Origin: Spirosomataceae bacterium
GTDB lineage: Bacteria > Bacteroidota > Bacteroidia > Cytophagales > Spirosomataceae
Direction of reading: 5' to 3'
Length of the DNA stretch: 64,000 nt
Assembly (NCBI GenBank): GCA_046296415.1
Contig: JBKBLN010000002.1
Span: 502,370 to 566,369, forward strand
Part shown: one piece after another, positions 30,382-40,201 of the stretch
How positions within the stretch are numbered: the first letter of the stretch is position 1
Layout of the letters: the number at the start of each line of letters is the position of its first letter
Translations under genes and position numbers: made by a program
Notes under the pieces: model-generated
The model's input: only the letters and a program-made list of their open reading frames with translations
Database searches by the model: none
What the model was told of the DNA's origin: nothing

Positions 30382-31638
30382 TTACTCTTCGATGAAGTCC
30401 AGGTCTCGGCCATGACTTTCCGAAATCGTCACCGTGGAATATATACCTAGCCCAAAGGCGATTACACCCACGACGGCTCCAGAGGCAATGACACTCATAC
30501 CAACCGACTCACCTTTTAAAAACATAAACAGCAAATTCATGGGGACTACCAATCCGCGGACCATATTCGGAACGGTTGTGGCGGCGGTAGCCCGAAGGTT
30601 GGTGCCAAACTGCTCGGCACCGACTGTCACAAACATAGCCCAGTACCCCGTACCTAGCCCCAACCAAGCATACATGGCGTACAGCCCATTGGCGGTATGA
30701 ATACCCGCAAATAAGATAATTATCACGCCCAACAAAGCAAATAACATCATATAGAGGATGGCTTTTTTTCGGGAGGCTAATGTGTGGCTTAAAAAGCCAC
30801 TGAAAAAATCACCAGCGGAGATTCCAATATATGCCCACATAATGGCAAGGCCGGGCTGCACTTTTTCAGGCACCCCCAGTGCTTCGCCAAAGATATTGCT
30901 CATATAGGCTAAAATGCCAATACAGAACCAAGTGGGGAGCCCAATGCCGATGCACTTTAGGTAGCGAACCAAACGCTCCCAACTCGTGAAAAAGGAGAAG
31001 AAGTTTCCTCTTGAAACCGTATGATGCATATTTTGGTATAAACCCGACTCAAAAACCCCCACACGGAGGAGAAGTAATAGAAAGCCCATTCCTCCGCCGA
31101 TGAAATAGGCCCAAGTCCATTCTCCTGATAATTTCACTGTAAAAGTAGCCACGACAGCCCCCAGTAAACCGATCCCGGCCACCAGAGAAGTTCCAAGTGC
31201 ACGAAGGCGGGTAGGGAGACTTTCGGATACCAAGGTGATTCCTGCGCCCAGTTCCCCAGCAAGTCCGATTCCTGCAATAAAACGTAACCATTTGTAGGCT
31301 TCGGTTGGCTCCATGAAGGTAATCTGAGGAACCATCCCGCACGCAATATTGGCTAAGGAATAGGTAATGATCGAACCAAAGAGCACAGATAAACGGCCTT
31401 TTCGATCCCCTAAGACACCCCACAAAATCCCACCAAGCAATAACCCAATCATTTGATAATTGAGAATGGTGGACCCAATGGTATCGACCTCCTCTTTGGA
31501 TAACCCTAGGCTTTCCAAGCTTGGAACCCGAACGATCCCAAAAAGCTGGAGGTCATAGATATCCACAAAATAGCCCAATGCTGCCACAACCACAGGCAAA
31601 GAGGACAAGTGTTGCCAGTCTGATTTTTCTTTTTCCAT
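30382..31638 (-). CDS. MFS transporter
   Basis: 418 aa, 12 predicted TM helices, MFS loop motif GVLGDRKGR between TM2 and TM3. Confidence 0.85.
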   Translation of the reverse strand: MEKEKSDWQHLSSLPVVVAALGYFVDIYDLQLFGIVRVPSLESLGLSKEEVDTIGSTILNYQMIGLLLGGILWGVLGDRKGRLSVLFGSIITYSLANIACGMVPQITFMEPTEAYKWLRFIAGIGLAGELGAGITLVSESLPTRLRALGTSLVAGIGLLGAVVATFTVKLSGEWTWAYFIGGGMGFLLLLLRVGVFESGLYQNMHHTVSRGNFFSFFTSWERLVRYLKCIGIGLPTWFCIGILAYMSNIFGEALGVPEKVQPGLAIMWAYIGISAGDFFSGFLSHTLASRKKAILYMMLFALLGVIIILFAGIHTANGLYAMYAWLGLGTGYWAMFVTVGAEQFGTNLRATAATTVPNMVRGLVVPMNLLFMFLKGESVGMSVIASGAVVGVIAFGLGIYSTVTISESHGRDLDFIEE

Positions 31639-31658
31639 TTGTTTAGGTAGTCGTATGA

Positions 31659-32303
31659 TTAAATTTTATCACCAAAAGCTAAATCACCCGCATCACCTAG
31701 GCCAGGAACAATGTAGGATTTAGCATTTAATTCGTCATCAATATCACCCACATACAATCGGCATTCGGGCATCCGGGCTTGCAAATAGCGAACGCCTCTC
31801 GCACTGGCCAATGCAGATACCACGAAGGTTTTACTGGGGATTCCGTAGCGGAGGAGAGCATGGTATGCTTTCTCGACCGATTTACCCGTCGCCAACATGG
31901 GATCGCAGAGGATAAGGGGTTTGCCTTGGATATCGGGGGATGTGATATAATCCATTTCAATTTCGAATTCATCTTTGGCATCGTGTTTGCCACGATAGGC
32001 GCCAATGAACGCATTTTCAGCCTGGTCAAAATAGGAAAGCATTCCTTGATGAAGAGGAAGTCCTGCCCGTAAAATAGCCACTAAAACAGGATTTTGAGCT
32101 AATTTAAGAGACGATTTTGTACCCAACGCCGTGGCAATCTCGACGGTGGAAAATGGCAGTTGTTTTGAAATCTCGTACGCAAAAATTTCACCTAATCTTT
32201 CCAAATTTCGTCGGAAACGCATGGAATCTCGCTGGATTTGCACATCGCGAAGCTCCATAAGGAATTGATGGGCAAGAGAGGACTTCTCTGTCAGAAGGAA
32301 CAT
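31659..32303 (-). CDS. upp: Uracil phosphoribosyltransferase
   Basis: PRPP-binding loop LILCDPMLATGKS and C-terminal YIVPGLGDAGD. Confidence 0.9.
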   Translation of the reverse strand: MFLLTEKSSLAHQFLMELRDVQIQRDSMRFRRNLERLGEIFAYEISKQLPFSTVEIATALGTKSSLKLAQNPVLVAILRAGLPLHQGMLSYFDQAENAFIGAYRGKHDAKDEFEIEMDYITSPDIQGKPLILCDPMLATGKSVEKAYHALLRYGIPSKTFVVSALASARGVRYLQARMPECRLYVGDIDDELNAKSYIVPGLGDAGDLAFGDKI

Positions 32304-32332
32304 AGGGTCTAGTTGGTTAAGGGTAGGATGCT

Positions 32333-32340
32333 CAAAAATA
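32333..32340 (-). promoter_or_regulatory. Candidate -7 promoter box TATTTTTG (minus strand) for upp
   Basis: Exact consensus 29 nt upstream of the upp ATG. Confidence 0.45.
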
Positions 32341-32403
32341 CCAAAAGCCTACAATTTTCAACAAATCCCTCCCACCTATTTATTTCACCCCCCAATTTAT
32401 TCC

Positions 32404-32411
32404 TACCTTTG
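32404..32411 (+). promoter_or_regulatory. Candidate -7 promoter box TACCTTTG for lptB
   Basis: Exact consensus. It overlaps the ORF-track GTG start (32411) and ends 23 nt before ATG 32435. Confidence 0.45.
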
Positions 32412-32434
32412 TGGAAGAAACGCAAACAAATCCC

Positions 32435-33172
32435 ATGGTCTTACGGACAGAGAACTTGATTAAAAAATATGGACAACGGTTGGTGAATGACCACGTTAGC
32501 TATGAGGTCAATCAAGGTGAAATTGTTGGACTTCTCGGTCCGAATGGGGCGGGTAAGACGACGTCGTTTTATATGGCTGTTGGACTGGTCAAACCCAATT
32601 CAGGTCGTGTGATGTTGGATGATCTGGATATTACTTCGTTGCCAATGTACAAACGTGCGAAGCTCGGAATTGGATATTTGGCCCAAGAAGCTTCCGTATT
32701 TCGTGATCTTAGTGTAGAAGACAATATCCTCAGTGTATTGGAGCTTGCTAAACCCGAGCTGACCAAAATAGAAAGAAGAGAAAAAACCCAATCCTTATTA
32801 GAGGAGTTTTCTTTGACTCACGTCCGAAAGAATAAGGGGATTGTATTGTCGGGTGGGGAAAGGAGACGAACCGAGATTGCCCGAGCCTTGGCCGTGGACC
32901 CCAAATTTATCCTATTGGATGAACCATTTGCAGGCGTTGACCCCATCGCCGTGGAGGAGATTCAAACAATTGTGGCCAAGTTAAAACATCGAAATATTGG
33001 TATCTTAATCACCGATCACAACGTAAATGAAACTTTGTCGATCACAGACCGGGCGTATCTATTATTTGAAGGCAAGATCCTAAAACAAGGTACAGCCGAG
33101 GAATTAGCCGCCGACGAAATGGTTCGCCGTGTCTATTTAGGTAAACACTTTGAACTCAAAAGAAAGATTTGA
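32435..33172 (+). CDS. lptB: LPS export ABC transporter ATP-binding protein
   Basis: Walker [24 protein letters not shown] (LptB-typical), [19 protein letters not shown], and C-terminal VRRVYLG. Confidence 0.9.
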   Translation: MVLRTENLIKKYGQRLVNDHVSYEVNQGEIVGLLGPNGAGKTTSFYMAVGLVKPNSGRVMLDDLDITSLPMYKRAKLGIGYLAQEASVFRDLSVEDNILSVLELAKPELTKIERREKTQSLLEEFSLTHVRKNKGIVLSGGERRRTEIARALAVDPKFILLDEPFAGVDPIAVEEIQTIVAKLKHRNIGILITDHNVNETLSITDRAYLLFEGKILKQGTAEELAADEMVRRVYLGKHFELKRKI

Positions 33173-33825
33173 TGCTTCACCCGTTATTTCCCACGATTGG
33201 ACCAAAGGAACTCTTCCCACTCGATTTCACGGCAAAAAACCCATTTTGGGAGACCGTGGATTTGGTATCAACGGAATCCTTCCAAACGGCTCTGAACTCG
33301 GTACTGGAAGGCCGAGTAGGCGTTGGAGGGTATCTTGAACCACGGGTTATTTACCAACGCAGTGCGCATTTTTCAGGAGAGCACGCACGCTCCATTCATT
33401 TAGGATTGGATGTATGGACTTCCCCCGGGACGGCCATTCACGCACCTTTGGCCGGCCGAATCCATTCGATGGCCGACAACGCCCATTTTGGCGATTATGG
33501 CCCTACCTTGATCTTAGAACATAGCCTGGCAGAACCTCTTCCTCCCTATCCGGCGGGTACCTTGTACACGTTATACGGACATTTAAGTCGAACCAGCCTA
33601 GAAAAATGGCAAATTGGAGACACAATACAAGCGGGTGAGCTACTGGCCTGGGTTGGTCCGGCCCCCGAAAATGGTGATTGGCCACCCCACCTTCATGTTC
33701 AAGTGATGACGGATATGCTCGGCAAGCAGGGCGATTTTCCGGGTGTGTGCAGCCCGAATGAACTTTCTTTTTACCAATCCATTTGCTTGAATCCATGGCC
33801 CTTGACGGGTTGGGAGGAGATTTAG
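33169..33825 (+). CDS. M23/LytM-domain protein without signal peptide
   Basis: H-x3-D (HLGLD) and H-x-H (PHLHVQV) zinc-ligand motifs flanking [10 protein letters not shown]...LYGHLS. ATGA overlap with lptB. No hydrophobic N-terminus. Confidence 0.65.
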   Translation: MMLHPLFPTIGPKELFPLDFTAKNPFWETVDLVSTESFQTALNSVLEGRVGVGGYLEPRVIYQRSAHFSGEHARSIHLGLDVWTSPGTAIHAPLAGRIHSMADNAHFGDYGPTLILEHSLAEPLPPYPAGTLYTLYGHLSRTSLEKWQIGDTIQAGELLAWVGPAPENGDWPPHLHVQVMTDMLGKQGDFPGVCSPNELSFYQSICLNPWPLTGWEEI

Positions 33826-34127
33826 TTATTCTAAAAATTCAAAGGTTTGATTCTACCCAAAACATTACCTCCTTTTAACTTAATTTATCGAATAATTAGG
33901 CCTTAGAGCCTCATAAATCTTCCAAAGTGTAGTCCCACAAATCACCTTTAAAACGAGACGATAACTCAAAAATAAAAGTTCAAAAGTACCTCTATCTCCT
34001 TCATACCAAGAAAATGGAGCCGTTATCCGGTCCGACCATGTGAACACATGGAACTGATGACTTGTTTATATGCTATACCTTGTTGAACATACTCACCTAC
34101 TTTGTTTATCAGATCGAGCGTTGATGT

Positions 34128-34988
34128 ATGAAATGGATTACTCGCGAACGCCCTAAAATTGATCGAATCGCTTGTCCATGGCTGATCAAGCGATTCATTG
34201 ATCCAGAGGCAACTTTTTATTTTGTTCCAGCAGACCAAGTTCTATCCAAAAGCAAGGAGCTGGACGCCATCCCATTGGATATACCTGGAGTTGAATACAC
34301 CCATTATGAAGACAAAGTAACGTTTGATTATATAATCAAGAAGCATCAACTATCCGATCACCCAGCCTTAGCCAAAATCGCACAAATTGTTCGTGGAGCA
34401 GATACCGATCGCCATGAGTTAGCACCTGAAGTAGCTGGACTGTGGGCGATCACGGTCGGACTTAGCCATAATTTTCAGGATGACCATCAACTATTGGAGA
34501 TCGGAATAATTCTTTACGATGCCTTGTATACTTGGGCACAATTACCAACACCCATGCATCATTTGCAAGGTAGCCCTTTCGAAAACATGTTGCATGAGGT
34601 ATACCAAGCCTATATCAAGGGGAAAAAAGGAAAATTACCTGATTGGGTTCAGGATCTTAAACACAGGATTCAAGACCAACTCGATACACAATTTACGATA
34701 GATCTCCGCCGACTTTCAGAAGAGCTGAACCTAAATTCGTCCTATGTCTCGAGAGAATTTCCAAGGTATTTTGATAATCAAAATTTTGGTGAATACATAC
34801 GTCAGGCACGCATCCAAAAAGCCATTCAGCTTTTCCAATCCCCTGAATATTCCCTAACGGAAATTGCCTACCTAACAGGCTTTTCCGATCAAAGTCATTT
34901 TACACGCGTTTTTAAACAAATCACGGGGGAAAATCCTTCCGCTTATCGAAAAAAAATCCGTCAAGGTAAATCAGATTCCAAAGAGTAA
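34128..34988 (+). CDS. Fusion protein: ChrB-type chromate-resistance domain + AraC/XylS HTH DNA-binding domain
   Basis: N-terminus MKWITRERPKIDRIACPWLIKRFIDPEATFYFVP is typical of the chromate-resistance (ChrB C-terminal-like) domain. C-terminus LTEIAYLTGFSDQSHFTRVFKQITGENPSAYRKK is an AraC HTH. Confidence 0.7.
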   Translation: MKWITRERPKIDRIACPWLIKRFIDPEATFYFVPADQVLSKSKELDAIPLDIPGVEYTHYEDKVTFDYIIKKHQLSDHPALAKIAQIVRGADTDRHELAPEVAGLWAITVGLSHNFQDDHQLLEIGIILYDALYTWAQLPTPMHHLQGSPFENMLHEVYQAYIKGKKGKLPDWVQDLKHRIQDQLDTQFTIDLRRLSEELNLNSSYVSREFPRYFDNQNFGEYIRQARIQKAIQLFQSPEYSLTEIAYLTGFSDQSHFTRVFKQITGENPSAYRKKIRQGKSDSKE

Positions 34989-35020
34989 AATTCATTCTAT
35001 TTTAGTCTGCAACCTACGCC

Positions 35021-35028
35021 TACTTTTG
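35021..35028 (+). promoter_or_regulatory. Candidate -7 promoter box TACTTTTG upstream of the small OM protein-chrA pair
   Basis: Exact consensus ending 29 nt before ATG 35058. Confidence 0.45.
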
Positions 35029-35057
35029 TCTCAGATCAAGACCAAACCCCAGAACGC

Positions 35058-35453
35058 ATGCTAAAAAAAGTCATACTTTTAGGATTCGCATGTTACTTTG
35101 GTGCCCTTCCTTATGCACAAAGTCAGGATTCCTCTTCCATTAAAACAACGACTGCTTTTTCCTTTCAGCTCGAAGGTATGCTTGGGGCAACCATCGGCCC
35201 AAATTTCTATTCGATCAATGTGGGTGGACCTGGACTATATGGGCAAGTCCACCCGCATTGGAGAGTTGGATTAGGAGCCTTTCCCTCATTGTACTTACTT
35301 GAAAATAAACTGGGGGCTAGGCTGGGTGTCTCCCCACGTATCGAATACAAAAACTGGGTTTTTATTGCCCCCTTCTTTCATCGGGAAAAAACAGAGGAAT
35401 GGATCTGGAGTATTGGCGTTGGTTATAAATTTCATCCCAAAAGACGATTATAA
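35058..35453 (+). CDS. Small secreted protein, possible outer-membrane beta-barrel (function unknown)
   Basis: Signal peptide MLKKVILLGFACYFGALPYAQS, alternating hydrophobic/Gly-rich strands. Stop codon lies 2 nt before the chrA ATG. Confidence 0.4.
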   Translation: MLKKVILLGFACYFGALPYAQSQDSSSIKTTTAFSFQLEGMLGATIGPNFYSINVGGPGLYGQVHPHWRVGLGAFPSLYLLENKLGARLGVSPRIEYKNWVFIAPFFHREKTEEWIWSIGVGYKFHPKRRL

Positions 35454-35455
35454 CT

Positions 35456-36772
35456 ATGGCTCAAAAACCTACTTTCAAGGAAGCTCTCCGATTTTGGATC
35501 CAACTCGGTTTCATTAGTTTTGGAGGTCCAGCAGGACAAATTGCCATCATGCATGACTATTTGGTGGTTAAAAAACAATGGATAACCGAACGTCGGTTCT
35601 TACATGCATTGAACTTCTGCATGCTCTTGCCAGGACCAGAGGCGCAGCAATTAGCAACCTACATGGGCTGGCTTCTTCATGGGACTTGGGGTGGACTCGC
35701 CGCTGGATTGCTCTTTATTCTTCCTTCCCTTTTTATCCTACTTGGACTCAGTATCCTCTATGTTTCATTTGGAAATATCCCCTGGATTTATGCGCTTTTC
35801 CATGGACTTAAACCAGCGATTGTGGCAATTGTCGTCTTAGCTTTGATTAAAATTGGTAAAAGATCTTTGTTGAGTCCTTTGCACTGGGTCATTGCGCTTA
35901 TGTCTTTTTTGGGAATTACTTTTTTCCACATTTCTTTCCCAATCCTTCTTGTTGGAGCTTCCCTGGTGGCTATTATTGGGATATATTTTTTTCCTTCCTT
36001 ACTTACCCCTGGGAACGAAGCCACAACCTCAGATAAAGAATTAAAGGACGATCTTTCCAATGTAAATCATCACAGCGTCAGCCAGACCTATGGACTCCCA
36101 TTTTCTCGCATTGGACTTTCCATTATTTCAGGATTAATCCTCTGGAGTATACCACTTTTTCTTTTTTATGTGGCCTCCGATGATTTTATCTTTTGGAAAA
36201 AGGTGACGTTATTTTTCACGCAGAGTGCGTGGATTACTTTTGGTGGAGCGTATGCGGTTCTTCCCTATGTGGCCGAGGTCAGTGTAGAAAAATTTAATTG
36301 GTTAACCAACCTCCAAATGATGGATGGACTTGCCCTCGGAGAGAGTACCCCAGGTCCTTTGATTATGGTTTTAGCTTTTGTTGGATTCATGGCAGGTTAC
36401 CATCATTTCGGACACTCCCTTGTCATGGGAAGTCTAGGGCTTCTGACCACCACTTTTTATACGTTTTTGCCAAGCTTTCTCTTCATTTTCGTGGGTGCGC
36501 CCATCATCGAAAGAACCCAAAACAACCAACATATAAAAAATGGGATGTCTTTCGTGACCTCCGCTGTGGTGGGAGTAATGATGAACCTAATCCTATACCT
36601 CGGCAAAGCTATTGTTTTAAAAGGCCAGTGGTCTTTTTCTAATATTCAATATCCGACAGCCGCTTGGATCCTAATATCTATTTTCTCTTTGTATCGGTTC
36701 AAAATCGGAATAATTCCATGGATCGGACTCAGTGCCTTGTATGGACTTGTCATGTATGGGCTTATTCGGTAA
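35456..36772 (+). CDS. chrA: Chromate ion transporter (CHR family, two-domain long form)
   Basis: FLRFWIQLGFISFGGPAGQIAIMH and, in the second half, AWITFGGAYAVLPYV...GESTPGPL, both typical of duplicated CHR domains. Confidence 0.9.
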   Translation: MAQKPTFKEALRFWIQLGFISFGGPAGQIAIMHDYLVVKKQWITERRFLHALNFCMLLPGPEAQQLATYMGWLLHGTWGGLAAGLLFILPSLFILLGLSILYVSFGNIPWIYALFHGLKPAIVAIVVLALIKIGKRSLLSPLHWVIALMSFLGITFFHISFPILLVGASLVAIIGIYFFPSLLTPGNEATTSDKELKDDLSNVNHHSVSQTYGLPFSRIGLSIISGLILWSIPLFLFYVASDDFIFWKKVTLFFTQSAWITFGGAYAVLPYVAEVSVEKFNWLTNLQMMDGLALGESTPGPLIMVLAFVGFMAGYHHFGHSLVMGSLGLLTTTFYTFLPSFLFIFVGAPIIERTQNNQHIKNGMSFVTSAVVGVMMNLILYLGKAIVLKGQWSFSNIQYPTAAWILISIFSLYRFKIGIIPWIGLSALYGLVMYGLIR

Positions 36773-36841
36773 GAAACCGACGAACCTTTGTTTTTCGCTG
36801 TCGAAGCTTTCTGCCAAGAATTGAATTCGATAACCAAGAGA

Positions 36842-36898
36842 ATACGACACAAAAAAGGCCTGGCAAACAAATGTTTGGCAGGCCTTCTTGTGTCGTAT
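36842..36898. terminator. Long bidirectional terminator hairpin between chrA (+) and gltA (-)
   Basis: Outer arms ATACGACACA / TGTGTCGTAT and inner arms AAGGCCTGGCAAACA / TGTTTGGCAGGCCTT (one mismatch). Confidence 0.75.
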
Positions 36899-36904
36899 CT
36901 ATGA

Positions 36905-38188
36905 TTAACGATCTTTCAAAGCGACAAATGGGCGCTCGGTAGGACCAGTATAAATTTGGCGAGGACGACCGATGGGTTCGTTCTGCTCACGCATTTCTTT
37001 CCACTGAGCAATCCAACCCGGTAAACGACCGATAGCAAACATCACGGTAAACATGTTCACTGGAATACCCAAGGCACGGTAAATGATACCCGAGTAGAAG
37101 TCAACGTTAGGATACAAGTTCCGAGAGACGAAGTAATCGTCTTTTAAAGCGGCTTCCTCTAGTCCACGGGCAATGTCGAGTACAGGATCATTAACACCTA
37201 GTTTAGTTAAAACATCGTCTGCCGCTTTTTTGATAATTTTTGCCCGAGGGTCAAAGTTTTTATAAACACGGTGACCAAAACCAAACAAACGAAAGTTCGA
37301 AGATTTGTCTTTGGCCATATCGACGTATTTCTGAACATTTCCGCCATCCGCTTTGATAGCCTCCAACATCTCGATCACCTCTTGGTTGGCACCTCCGTGT
37401 AAGGGTCCCCAAAGGGCTGAGATACCCGCCGAAATCGAAGAGTACAAGTTTGCTTTCGAAGATCCTACCAAACGAACCGTCGAGGTCGAGCAGTTTTGCT
37501 CGTGATCGGCGTGTAGAATAAGCAATTTATTTAAGGCACTAGCTACCACTGGATCGACCTCATAATCCTCTACAGGCAACGCAAACATCATATTCAAGAA
37601 GTTGGCGGTGTAGGACAGGTTATTTTTAGGGTAGTTGATCGGATGGCCCTGTGATTTTTTATAGCACCAAGTGGCAATGGTTGGGAATTTAGCCAATAAC
37701 CGAATGATATGAAGATCCGTTTTGTCTGGGCTGTTTCCATCATACGAATCAGGGTAGAATCCGCTCATCGCACTGACCAACGACGACATGATGCCCATGG
37801 GATGCGCATTGACAGGGAATCCGTCGAAAATCTTCCGCATATCTTCATTCACCATGGTATGACGCGTAATTTCGGATACAAATGCATCATATTGGGCTTG
37901 ATTAGGCAATTCACCGTAAATCAAAAGATATGCTACACCCAAAAAGTCAGCTTTATCCGCTAATTCTTCAATCGAATATCCCCGATAGCGAAGAATTCCT
38001 TCTTCCCCATCTAAAAAGGTTATGGCACTTTGTGTGGATCCGGTATTCTTGAAACCAGAATCAATGGTGATGTAACCTGTGGCCTGACGAAGTTTACCAA
38101 TATCGATGGCTTTCTCGTTCTCCGACCCGGTTACCACAGGAAATTCATATTCCTTTCCCTCTACTATTAACTTTGCTTTATCTGACAT
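36905..38188 (-). CDS. gltA: Citrate synthase (type II)
   Basis: 427 aa. HADHEQNCSTST, GPLHGGANQ, GFGHRVYK motifs. Confidence 0.95.
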   Translation of the reverse strand: MSDKAKLIVEGKEYEFPVVTGSENEKAIDIGKLRQATGYITIDSGFKNTGSTQSAITFLDGEEGILRYRGYSIEELADKADFLGVAYLLIYGELPNQAQYDAFVSEITRHTMVNEDMRKIFDGFPVNAHPMGIMSSLVSAMSGFYPDSYDGNSPDKTDLHIIRLLAKFPTIATWCYKKSQGHPINYPKNNLSYTANFLNMMFALPVEDYEVDPVVASALNKLLILHADHEQNCSTSTVRLVGSSKANLYSSISAGISALWGPLHGGANQEVIEMLEAIKADGGNVQKYVDMAKDKSSNFRLFGFGHRVYKNFDPRAKIIKKAADDVLTKLGVNDPVLDIARGLEEAALKDDYFVSRNLYPNVDFYSGIIYRALGIPVNMFTVMFAIGRLPGWIAQWKEMREQNEPIGRPRQIYTGPTERPFVALKDR

Positions 38189-38492
38189 GGATTGTAGGTT
38201 ATTTTGATAGTATGGTGATTGTTGATGAAATATTTGGAATCACAGGGCTAAAATAATCAAAATAATCCTATTTTCTCCCGTTCTCCAACAAATATTTGCT
38301 TTCAATTTTCGCTAAAATTTTATAGATCTTCCCATTTGATAGACTCCAGAAACTCTAAATGTCTATTTTACAAAGGTTTATAGGATGCCCCACAAAAAAA
38401 CCAATCCAAATGGGCTTAAATTCGTGTCAACCTATCTTTAAAAAACCCTAAGAAGATGAAAATAGTTTAGTGATTTCGTCTATTTCTCCAAG

Positions 38493-39419
38493 TTAAGAAA
38501 TTACATGTAGTGGAATCTTTTTCTTGATTTCAGACAATAATGCCTCTTCTTCTAAGTTGCCATCCAGCCAATGAATCTCTATGCCTTTCCTTTCCATGGA
38601 TCGAAAAAATGTCATTTGTCGTTTTGCCATTTGGTGAATGGCGGTCTCCAAACCAATCACCCATTCAGTATCCGAAATCTGGCCCCTCAACCGTTTCATG
38701 GCCCAGGTATATTCGAGCCCTAGCCGGTCCAGCCAGTCTTCCGAAACCCCTTGATCCAAAAGCCCCTGTACCTCCTCGAGCAATCCTTCCTGTAGCCGTT
38801 TTTTCAATCGTATCGAGATCCGTTCCCGCCGAACATCACGAGACGGATTCAATCCAAAAACGACAGGCTGAAGCTTTGGACGAGTCTTTGGTATGAAACC
38901 GTTAGTCAAACTTTCCCGTATTTCGAAACCTCGGATCAATCGTTTTTTTGTCGAAACATCAATAGCTATGGCCAAGCTTGGAAGTTGTTCCCACTCCCCT
39001 AGCAGTGCTTCATAAGAACGAGATTCCAGCCGCTCCCGAAGGTCCGGAAAAACGGGATATTGAAAACGATCAAAACCCTGCAATATCGCTTGTAGATATA
39101 AACCCGTTCCACCACAGATGATGGCCACAGGGTGTGGAAAATCGGTTAATACCGCCAATGCATCCTGTTGAAATTGAGCAACATCATACGATTCCCCGGG
39201 TTGAACATGGTCGATAAGGTAGTAGGGAATCGCTTGACCATCGACCCAAAACTCATGTAAATCTTTACCTGTCCCGATGGTCAAACCACGGTACACTTGT
39301 CGAGAATCAGCCGACAGGATTCCAGCAGCACACGTAGCAGCCAGACGGCAAGCCAACCTGGTTTTCCCACTCGCGGTGGGTCCTAAAATGACGATTGTGG
39401 GGGGAAATACTTGATCCAT
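38493..39419 (-). CDS. miaA: tRNA dimethylallyltransferase
   Basis: P-loop GPTASGKT, plus DSRQVYRGL.IGT.K and GGTGLY motifs. Confidence 0.9.
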   Translation of the reverse strand: MDQVFPPTIVILGPTASGKTRLACRLAATCAAGILSADSRQVYRGLTIGTGKDLHEFWVDGQAIPYYLIDHVQPGESYDVAQFQQDALAVLTDFPHPVAIICGGTGLYLQAILQGFDRFQYPVFPDLRERLESRSYEALLGEWEQLPSLAIAIDVSTKKRLIRGFEIRESLTNGFIPKTRPKLQPVVFGLNPSRDVRRERISIRLKKRLQEGLLEEVQGLLDQGVSEDWLDRLGLEYTWAMKRLRGQISDTEWVIGLETAIHQMAKRQMTFFRSMERKGIEIHWLDGNLEEEALLSEIKKKIPLHVIS

Positions 39420-40201
39420 TTTTCAGTTCCAACATTATAAATTGACCCCTGTTCATCCAAAACTCGTTTTTTTTTGGTGAGATCCCAAGTAAAGTGCAAA
39501 GCGGGCAATATCGCCTCCAATTGAAAACCTAAAGCCAGCATGCTTTGGCTATTTCCTTGCCATCCACGATCGGTGTAGGTCATCACATCGTCCGGCCGAT
39601 GTATTTCCCAAAGGTGATGTAAAATCTTTTGCCATCCACCCACCACATGAAAAAAAGGCAATGTGGCGAAACGAATCCATTCCATCGACTGCGACGGTCC
39701 ATGGGGGCGAATCCAGGTTTGGGACTTCGAAAATCCGCTAACCGACACCAAAAGTGGGCCTTTCTGGGGCCAGAATTCCGCTGGTACAAGTCGTTTGTAT
39801 GACTCTGGCAAATACAATCCATATCGATGGGCCGCTCGTGCCGATCCGAATACGTGGTATTGGTCTAGAAAATTCCGATACACATCCGGGGAGATTGGTT
39901 GAAATTGGCATAGCCGCCCCGGAATTCGGATCGACTTCCCCATTTGGTGGCGCAATTTGCTCTCCACTACGTTGGAATGATGTATCCACTGGTCCTCCCA
40001 AACCAACATAGGCTTGCCAACCTGCATCCAGTAGTCAGCTAGCTCATGTTGGGAAGGAGCGGTATTAGGCGAAAGCCCTATCATGACTTGATTCCCATGT
40101 CTCAAACCTGGTAAAAAGCCGAGAGACGGCAACGTCATCGTTACCGTCTCCCATCCCAAGGATCTTCCGACAGACTGCCAAGATTCCCACCAGGTCTTCA
40201 T
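39383..40201 (-). CDS. Hypothetical protein (possibly a GNAT-like fold in the C-terminal half)
   Basis: 272-aa Trp-rich ORF. Its ATG directly abuts the TAA of the upstream M28 gene and its 3' end overlaps miaA by 37 nt. The C-terminal region FATLPFFHVVGGWQKILHHL...LGFQLE is only loosely acetyltransferase-like. Confidence 0.4.
   Translation of the reverse strand: MKTWWESWQSVGRSLGWETVTMTLPSLGFLPGLRHGNQVMIGLSPNTAPSQHELADYWMQVGKPMLVWEDQWIHHSNVVESKLRHQMGKSIRIPGRLCQFQPISPDVYRNFLDQYHVFGSARAAHRYGLYLPESYKRLVPAEFWPQKGPLLVSVSGFSKSQTWIRPHGPSQSMEWIRFATLPFFHVVGGWQKILHHLWEIHRPDDVMTYTDRGWQGNSQSMLALGFQLEAILPALHFTWDLTKKKRVLDEQGSIYNVGTEKWIKYFPPQSSF

Noticed and set aside
34023-34238. A 71-aa minus-strand ORF spanning the start of the ChrB-AraC gene.
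   Set aside because: It overlaps the conserved ChrB-domain N-terminus on the opposite strand and has no supporting signals.
33826-36898. The idea that the chromate module is a mobile genomic island.
   Set aside because: I could see no integrase, transposase, flanking tRNA or direct repeats. Being bounded by a long non-coding stretch and a strong terminator is not evidence of mobility.
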